A stretch of 64,000 nt of DNA from Candidatus Omnitrophota bacterium. GTDB lineage: Bacteria > Omnitrophota > Gorgyraeia > Gygaellales > UBA12090. Positions 58,470-64,000 of the stretch are shown here, one piece after another. Position numbers and translations under genes: made by a program. The notes under the pieces were generated by a model. The model worked only from the letters and a program-made list of their open reading frames with translations, did not search any database and was not told the DNA's origin. Within the stretch, counting starts at the first letter, position 1; the number at the start of each line of letters is the position of its first letter. The DNA lies in the NCBI GenBank assembly GCA_030674475.1, contig JAUSCZ010000023.1:87819-151818 (forward strand). The letters are read 5' to 3'.

Positions 58470-59171
58470 ATGGTTAAGACCCTGGTCTTTATCCACGGCT
58501 GGGCCAGCGCGCCGGAGATCTGGCAGAGGCAGAGGGAATATTTTGCCAAAGATTATGAGGTTGTCCTGCCGGATATAAGTCCGGCCCGGGATATTCAAGA
58601 AGCGGCAGGCCTGCTCAAGGATGCAATTAAAGACAGGAAGGATTTTGTCCTGATTGGCTGGTCTCTGGGCTGGATGGTGATTTTAGAAGCGCTCAAGAGT
58701 TTATCCTTAAAGCCTAAGGCCGTGGTGGCGGTAAATTCTACGCCTAATTTTTGCTCTGACGAATATCTGGAGACAGGTTTTACCCAAACCCATCTGAATA
58801 AGATGATAAGGGATTGTAAGCGCGATCCCCAAAAGACCAGGGAGAATTTTTATAAAGGACTCCTTACAGAGAGCGGAAAGAGCATGGCCAGCAGTTTTCA
58901 GTTTAAAAACATAGATTATAGCAAGCTGATTTATGGCTTGTCCATGCTTAAGGATGCTAATTACCGGGATTTTATCCGGGCTATAGATATCCCGGCGCTG
59001 ATTATTACCGGGGCCAGGGATACTATTTGTGTTCCTCAGGTATCCGAATATATGCGTCAGAGGATTAAGCAGTCGGAATTAAAGGTTTTTGACTGTGGGC
59101 ACTTGCCGTTTCTGGATAAGGCTGAGGAATTTAATTTCGCGATAGCTGATTTTATTAGAAAGTTAAAATGA
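58470..59171 (+). CDS. bioH: Pimeloyl-ACP methyl ester carboxylesterase (BioH-like alpha/beta hydrolase)
   Basis: FIHGWA, GWSLG nucleophile, G..D, GH.PF; between bioF and bioC. Confidence 0.8.
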   Translation: MVKTLVFIHGWASAPEIWQRQREYFAKDYEVVLPDISPARDIQEAAGLLKDAIKDRKDFVLIGWSLGWMVILEALKSLSLKPKAVVAVNSTPNFCSDEYLETGFTQTHLNKMIRDCKRDPQKTRENFYKGLLTESGKSMASSFQFKNIDYSKLIYGLSMLKDANYRDFIRAIDIPALIITGARDTICVPQVSEYMRQRIKQSELKVFDCGHLPFLDKAEEFNFAIADFIRKLK

Positions 59172-59929
59172 TTTCCACTCAAAAAATAAGAGATAATTTT
59201 TCCCGCAGCGCGATACATTATGAGAAATACGCGGATATTCAGGCCAAGCTGGCCCAAGAACTACTGGAAGAGGTAATCGGAGCAGGATATACAGCGAATG
59301 AGGTCTTGGACATTGGATGCGGAACCGGATGGCTATTGGGTGAGCTAAAGAGATTTCTGCCCCAAAGCCGGCTCTGGGGTTTGGATATCAGCCTGGCAAT
59401 GGCGCGTAAGACAAAAGCAAAGATTGAAGAGGTGTTGACCGCGGATGCCGCCTTTTTGCCGTTTAAGGATAAGGCCTTGGACCTGGTTTTATCCAATGCC
59501 GTTTATCAATGGGTGCCGGATTTGGAGGCGGCCTTTAAAGAGGCGCGTAGGATTCTTAAATCCGGCGGCTGTTTTATGTTTAATTGCTTTGGGGCCAAGA
59601 CCTTGCGGGAACTGCGCCAGTGTTTTGGGATAGAGGAAACCTTTCTTCCTCGGGCGGATTTTATAAGAGAGGCGTTGGAGAGGGCAGGGTTTTCCTGCCC
59701 GGAGTTTAAGGTCAGGGAGTGCAACCGGCATTTTGATAATTTAGCCGATATCTTAAGCTGGCTGAAATATATCGGGGTAAACCGGATTAATCAGCATCAG
59801 GGGTTTTTAACCCCGTCCCGGCTGGCTAAGGCCGACCATTTCTATCGCAGTAACTTTCGCGGTAACGGCCAGGTCTATGCCACCTTTGAGGTCATCAGCG
59901 TAAAAGCAATAAAAGCAGTTGATAGTTGA
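59168..59929 (+). CDS. bioC: Malonyl-ACP O-methyltransferase
   Basis: FSRSA..Y...A..Q, VLDIGCGTG, SNAVYQW, TL.EL; bio context. Confidence 0.88.
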   Translation: MISTQKIRDNFSRSAIHYEKYADIQAKLAQELLEEVIGAGYTANEVLDIGCGTGWLLGELKRFLPQSRLWGLDISLAMARKTKAKIEEVLTADAAFLPFKDKALDLVLSNAVYQWVPDLEAAFKEARRILKSGGCFMFNCFGAKTLRELRQCFGIEETFLPRADFIREALERAGFSCPEFKVRECNRHFDNLADILSWLKYIGVNRINQHQGFLTPSRLAKADHFYRSNFRGNGQVYATFEVISVKAIKAVDS

Positions 59930-60024
59930 TAGTGTATGCCTGCCTGCCGGCAGGGTTTATAGCAAATAAATTAAAACTGTTTATCAATGAGCTATAAACT
60001 ATCAACCATAAACCATAAACTAAA
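59917..60024. repeat. Bipartite heptamer-repeat element with nested CCTGCCTGCCGGCAGG palindrome
   Basis: agttgatagttgatag...ctataaactatcaaccataaaccataaac; supplies the bioC stop codon. Confidence 0.8.
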
Positions 60025-62049
60025 ATGTCTAATTCTATATTTATCACCGCAACCGATACCGGAGCCGGGAAAACCATTATTTCCTGCGCCATTGGCCTGG
60101 CCTTGCAAAAAAAAGGTATTGATGTTGGATATATGAAACCATTTCAATGCTCCGGCGATGACACGGATTTTGTGATTAAGACCTTAGGTATTCAAGACGA
60201 TAAAAATTTGGTTAATCCTTATTACGCGAAAGAGCCGCTTGCTCCCTATGTCGCCTTTAAAAGGGAAAAAATAAGGATCAATTTAGATAAAGTCTTTTCC
60301 GCGTATCATAAGTTAAAAAAAAGACACGAATTCCTTATCATTGAAGGCGCCGGCGGGCTGTTAGTTCCCTTGCGAGAAAATTATCTGGTTGCGGATTTGA
60401 TCCGGGACCTGGATGTCCCGGCGCTCATTGTGGCCAGGGCAGGCTTAGGGACATTGAATCATACTTTGCTTACCCAAAGATACGCCCTGGATTACGGGGT
60501 TAAGGTTAAAGGCGTAATCATTAATAATTATCAAGGAAAGACTGCCGCGGAAAAGACCAATCCCAATGTCTTAAAGGAATTCCTGGATGTGCCTATTTTA
60601 GGAATAGTTCCTTGGTTGAAAAATGTTAAGTCTAAAGATGGCTTGAGGAGGCTGGGGAAAATAGCCGGGGAAAATATAGATTTAAAGACTTTACTAAAAA
60701 CAGAAAAGCCCCTCACCCGGCAGTTGATTAAGCGGGATAAGGATTTCCTCTGGCATCCTTTTACCCAGATGCGGGATTGGCTTAAGGATGAGCCTTTAAT
60801 TATTGATGAGGCCAAGGGGAATTATTTGAAAGATACTAACGGCAAATGGTATTTAGACGGAGTCTCCAGCCTTTGGGTGAATGTTCACGGCCACCGCAGA
60901 AGAGAGATAGACATAGCCATAAATAGACAACTGAATAAGGTGGCCCATAGCACATTGTTGGGATTAAGCAATGTGCCTTCTATTGAATTGGCCCAGCGGC
61001 TGGTAGAGATTGCCCCCAAAGGCCTGATCAAGGTTTTTTATTCCGACAGCGGCTCAACCGCGGTGGAGATTGCCTTGAAGATGGCTTATCAATATTGGCA
61101 GTATCTGGATAAGGCTAAAACAAGATTTATTCATTTGGAGAACGCCTATCATGGAGATACCATAGGCTCGGTGAGTGTGGGCGGGATGGATTTGTTTCAT
61201 AAGACCTACAAGGGTCTGCTTTTTGAGAGCTATAAGGCGGATTCGCCTTATTGCTACCGCTGTCCCAAGGGTAAAAATTATCCTGGGTGTAATTTTGAGT
61301 GTCTGGATAGGCTAAGAGATATTTTAAGACAACATCATTCTTCAACTGCCGCGCTTATAGTTGAGCCTTTAGTCCAGGCCGCCGGCGGTATCATTGTTTG
61401 GCCTGAAGGCGTATATAGGAAGATGCGCGAGCTTTGCCATAAGCATAATGTGCTTTTGATTGCCGATGAGGTGGCCGTAGGTTTTGGGAGGACTGGCTAT
61501 ATATTTGCCTCTGAGACTGAAGGTGTAACGCCGGATATCTTGTGCTTAGCCAAGGGGATTACCGGGGGGTATCTGCCTTTAGCCGCCACCCTGACTACCC
61601 AAAAGATATTTGATGCCTTTTCGGGAGAGTATAAGGAACAAAAGACTTTTTTTCACGGACACACCTATACCGGAAATCCCCTGGCCTGCGCCGCTGCCTT
61701 GGCCAATTTAGGGCTTTTTAAAAAAGAAAAAACCCTCCAAAAACTTCAGCCCAAGATTAAATTTTTAGGAAAAGAATTAGAGAAGTTTAAGAAATTGGAG
61801 CATATCGGAGACATCCGCCAGAAGGGTTTTATGGTGGGAATTGAACTGGTAAAAAATAAAGGAACCAAAGAGCCGTATTCCTGGGAAGAAAGGATTGGGA
61901 TAAAGATTTGCCAAAAGGCCAGGGAATATGGGGTCATCCTGCGCCCCTTAGGCAATGTCATTGTCCTTATGCCGCCTTTGGCGATAAGCAAAGAGGAATT
62001 GAAACAGCTTGTTGATGCCGCCTATAAGGCGATAAGTTTTGTGCAATGA
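60025..62049 (+). CDS. bioDA: Fused dethiobiotin synthase / DAPA aminotransferase (BioD-BioA)
   Basis: N: ITATDTGAGKT, IEGAGGL.VP, LGTLNHT; C: LWHPFTQM, SDSGSTAVEIALK, DEVAVGFGRTG, LAKGITGGYLP; one continuous ORF. Confidence 0.93.
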   Translation: MSNSIFITATDTGAGKTIISCAIGLALQKKGIDVGYMKPFQCSGDDTDFVIKTLGIQDDKNLVNPYYAKEPLAPYVAFKREKIRINLDKVFSAYHKLKKRHEFLIIEGAGGLLVPLRENYLVADLIRDLDVPALIVARAGLGTLNHTLLTQRYALDYGVKVKGVIINNYQGKTAAEKTNPNVLKEFLDVPILGIVPWLKNVKSKDGLRRLGKIAGENIDLKTLLKTEKPLTRQLIKRDKDFLWHPFTQMRDWLKDEPLIIDEAKGNYLKDTNGKWYLDGVSSLWVNVHGHRRREIDIAINRQLNKVAHSTLLGLSNVPSIELAQRLVEIAPKGLIKVFYSDSGSTAVEIALKMAYQYWQYLDKAKTRFIHLENAYHGDTIGSVSVGGMDLFHKTYKGLLFESYKADSPYCYRCPKGKNYPGCNFECLDRLRDILRQHHSSTAALIVEPLVQAAGGIIVWPEGVYRKMRELCHKHNVLLIADEVAVGFGRTGYIFASETEGVTPDILCLAKGITGGYLPLAATLTTQKIFDAFSGEYKEQKTFFHGHTYTGNPLACAAALANLGLFKKEKTLQKLQPKIKFLGKELEKFKKLEHIGDIRQKGFMVGIELVKNKGTKEPYSWEERIGIKICQKAREYGVILRPLGNVIVLMPPLAISKEELKQLVDAAYKAISFVQ

Positions 62050-62059
62050 GGATGAAGAG

Positions 62060-62294
62060 AATGTGGCTGACGGTTTTCTCGCTCAAGTCGATTTTGCCCC
62101 GCCTTTGGCGGGGCCGCCAAAGGTCTTTCGTATTTTCGGCGGCGGCGGGCCTCGCCCCGGCGGCCTCGTCGGGGCTCCGACAGCCGCGCCGTCCCGATAT
62201 TGTCCCGACTATCGTCGGGACATCGGGATTCCCGAAAATCCGAAAGCTGCTTTGGCTAAAATCGACATTCGCTGCGAAAACCGTCAGCCCCATT
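62060..62294. repeat. GC-rich fold-back (MITE-like) element with nested palindromes
   Basis: Terminal IR ggctgacggttttc (62065-62078) / gaaaaccgtcagcc (62276-62289); inner gtcgatttt/aaaatcgac and ctttcg.attttcgg/ccgaaaat.cgaaag pairs. Confidence 0.7.
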
Positions 62295-62323
62295 ATTTAC
62301 ATTCTATCTTTTAGAAGTTTTAT

Positions 62324-62372
62324 GTAGCGGTGCGATTTATCGCACCTGTAAGGAGATTTTCAGGTGAAAAAT
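62324..62372 (+). repeat. GTAG-type REP-like hairpin with RBS and GTG start, copy 2
   Basis: 43/49 identical to 51233-51281, with a compensatory stem change. Confidence 0.8.
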
Positions 62373-63017
62373 ATAATTTCTGTCAGCCAGGCCAGAGAAA
62401 TTGATAACAGGATGCGGGAGAATTTTGGCGTGCCTTGTCTTGTGCTTATGGAAAATGCCGGAAGGTCGGTTGCTGAGGAGGCATTAAAGGCGTTAAGGGA
62501 TAAGAAAAGAACAGGTGTTGTTATCGTATGCGGAAAAGGTAATAACGGCGCTGACGGATTGGCCGCCTGCCGCCATCTGATGTGCCGGGGAATCAAGCCC
62601 AAGATATTCTTAGCCGCAAAGATTAGCCAGGTGCGGGGTGAAGCCAGGGTAAATTTGGATATTCTCTTAAAAATGAAACAGAAGGTGGTTGAGGTAAATA
62701 ATAAGAACTTAGCATTGGTAAGAAGATCTATTCTTGAATCCGGTTTGATTATTGATGCCCTTTTGGGAATAGGGATAAAAAGAGAGGTAAGAGGGATATT
62801 CCGGGATTTGATAAATATTATTAATGTCAGTAAGGCTTATATAATCGCGGTGGATGTCCCTTCAGGCCTGGATGCGGATAGCGGTAAGGCGCTGGGTTGT
62901 TGCGTAAAGGCGGATAAGACCGTAACCTTTGTGGCTAAGAAACAAGGAATGATTTCAGGGGCCGGCCCTGAATACTGCGGCAGGGTGATTGTGAGAGATT
63001 TAGGCGTAAAAATATAA
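62364..63017 (+). CDS. nnrE: NAD(P)H-hydrate epimerase (YjeF N-terminal domain)
   Basis: LMENAG, CGKGNNGADG, IDALLGIG, AVDVPSG, TVTF. Confidence 0.92.
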   Translation: MKNIISVSQAREIDNRMRENFGVPCLVLMENAGRSVAEEALKALRDKKRTGVVIVCGKGNNGADGLAACRHLMCRGIKPKIFLAAKISQVRGEARVNLDILLKMKQKVVEVNNKNLALVRRSILESGLIIDALLGIGIKREVRGIFRDLINIINVSKAYIIAVDVPSGLDADSGKALGCCVKADKTVTFVAKKQGMISGAGPEYCGRVIVRDLGVKI

Positions 63018-63024
63018 CTTACTT

Positions 63025-63858
63025 ATGTCTGGGATTTTTAAGACGGAGAATACTCCGACTATTCTTTATCGGCAATGGATGATTCCAGAGTCCGGGGTGG
63101 TGTTGTTGCTGGTCCACGGTCTTGGCGCGCATACCGAGCGTTGGGAAGCCTTGGCGGATTTTTTTCAAAAGAATAATATCTCATCTTACGCCCTGGAACT
63201 TAAGGGTTTTGGCCGAACACAAGGAGAAAGAGGGGATGTGGATAGTCTGGATACCTACTTTCAGGATATTCGCTCACTCTATGATATAATCAGACAGGAG
63301 AATCCGAATAAAAAAATCTTTCTCCTGGGCGAGAGTATGGGGGCATTGATTTGTTTTTTATTTGCCGTTTCAGCCCCGCGGCTTTTTCCCGGCTTAATCT
63401 GTATCAGCCCGGCCTTTGCCGGTAAACTGCATTTTAACCTTTGGACATATCTAAATATAGGGCTGGCCTTGGTTTTTAATCTTAAAAGGCATTTTCCAGT
63501 GCCGATTACTCCTCAAATGTGCACCCAGGATACTGAATATCAAAAGATAATTGATGCTGACCCTCTGGATAAGCATACTGCCACAGCCCGGCTTTACTGG
63601 AATATCTTTAAGGCTCAAAAGAAGGTTAAATCTTGGGGAGATAAAATCAATATTCCCTTGTTGGTTTTAACCGCGGGAGAAGATACGGTAGTGGATTCTT
63701 TAGCCACGCGCAAAATTTTCAACAGCTTAAGAATTAAAGACAAAGAGATTATCAATTATGCCGGCATGCGCCATGCCCTTTCCGTTGATTTAGGAAAGGA
63801 AAAGGTTTTTGGAGATATTTTACGCTGGTTAGAGAAAATAATGAGAGGATCGCTATGA
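63025..63858 (+). CDS. Alpha/beta hydrolase (lysophospholipase / monoacylglycerol lipase-like)
   Basis: VHGLGAH..R, GFG...[15 protein letters not shown], catalytic His in MRH. Confidence 0.85.
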   Translation: MSGIFKTENTPTILYRQWMIPESGVVLLLVHGLGAHTERWEALADFFQKNNISSYALELKGFGRTQGERGDVDSLDTYFQDIRSLYDIIRQENPNKKIFLLGESMGALICFLFAVSAPRLFPGLICISPAFAGKLHFNLWTYLNIGLALVFNLKRHFPVPITPQMCTQDTEYQKIIDADPLDKHTATARLYWNIFKAQKKVKSWGDKINIPLLVLTAGEDTVVDSLATRKIFNSLRIKDKEIINYAGMRHALSVDLGKEKVFGDILRWLEKIMRGSL

Positions 63859-64000
63859 AAAAATGTCCTTATTGCGCTGAAGAGATACAGGATGAGGCCC
63901 TTAAATGCAAGCACTGCGGGGAGTTCCTGGAGAAGAAAGAAAAGGAGAAATGGTATCTTAAGACTAATATACTGATAATTTCTTTTCTCTGCACGGGGCC
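63855..64000 (+). CDS. Zinc-ribbon membrane protein, 3' partial
   Basis: [25 protein letters not shown] followed by a hydrophobic segment; runs off the window. Confidence 0.8.
   Translation, partial: MKKCPYCAEEIQDEALKCKHCGEFLEKKEKEKWYLKTNILIISFLCTG

Noticed and set aside
61967-62327. ORFs 62039-62314, 62046-62327 and 61967-62293
   Set aside because: They are open frames across a GC-rich palindromic element, with no protein-like features.
1-64000. CRISPR array, tRNA or rRNA
   Set aside because: No regularly spaced repeat-spacer units or recognisable RNA genes were seen by eye; tRNAscan and Infernal were not run.

Overview
Gene-dense bacterial window with almost all genes on the + strand. 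The gene content suggests an anaerobic PVC-superphylum organism, most likely Omnitrophota (inference, not verified). Housekeeping blocks: an 11-subunit complex I-like nuoABCDHIJKLMN operon without nuoEFG, an ABC-F ATPase, acs, 2-oxoacid:ferredoxin oxidoreductase alpha/beta, malQ, larE-iscS, a biotin operon (bioB, bioF, bioH, bioC, fused bioD-bioA) and nnrE. Accessory blocks: a type I restriction-modification island (about 19.1-31.2 kb) carrying Fic, KAP NTPase and HTH-ImmA/PIN genes plus an HsdR with a LexA/S24-like tail; a small fragmentary island (36.8-39.9 kb); and a 6-kb insert in the bio operon. The most striking feature is three paralogs (1477, 5517 [frameshifted], 52639) of a large exported protein family. 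Each has a Sec-type signal peptide, a conserved ~350-aa N-terminal domain, an unrelated enzymatic cargo (amidoligase-like, kinase-like or B12-radical SAM) bounded on both sides by an S-S-[A/P]-[L/V/I] motif, and a conserved C-terminal GGID domain. This looks like a modular cargo-swapping effector or polyprotein system. The window also has many nested palindromic and heptamer repeats, some inserted in frame in genes, and duplicated methyltransferase 3' tails that mark cassette insertions. No rRNA, tRNA, CRISPR array or integrase was recognised.
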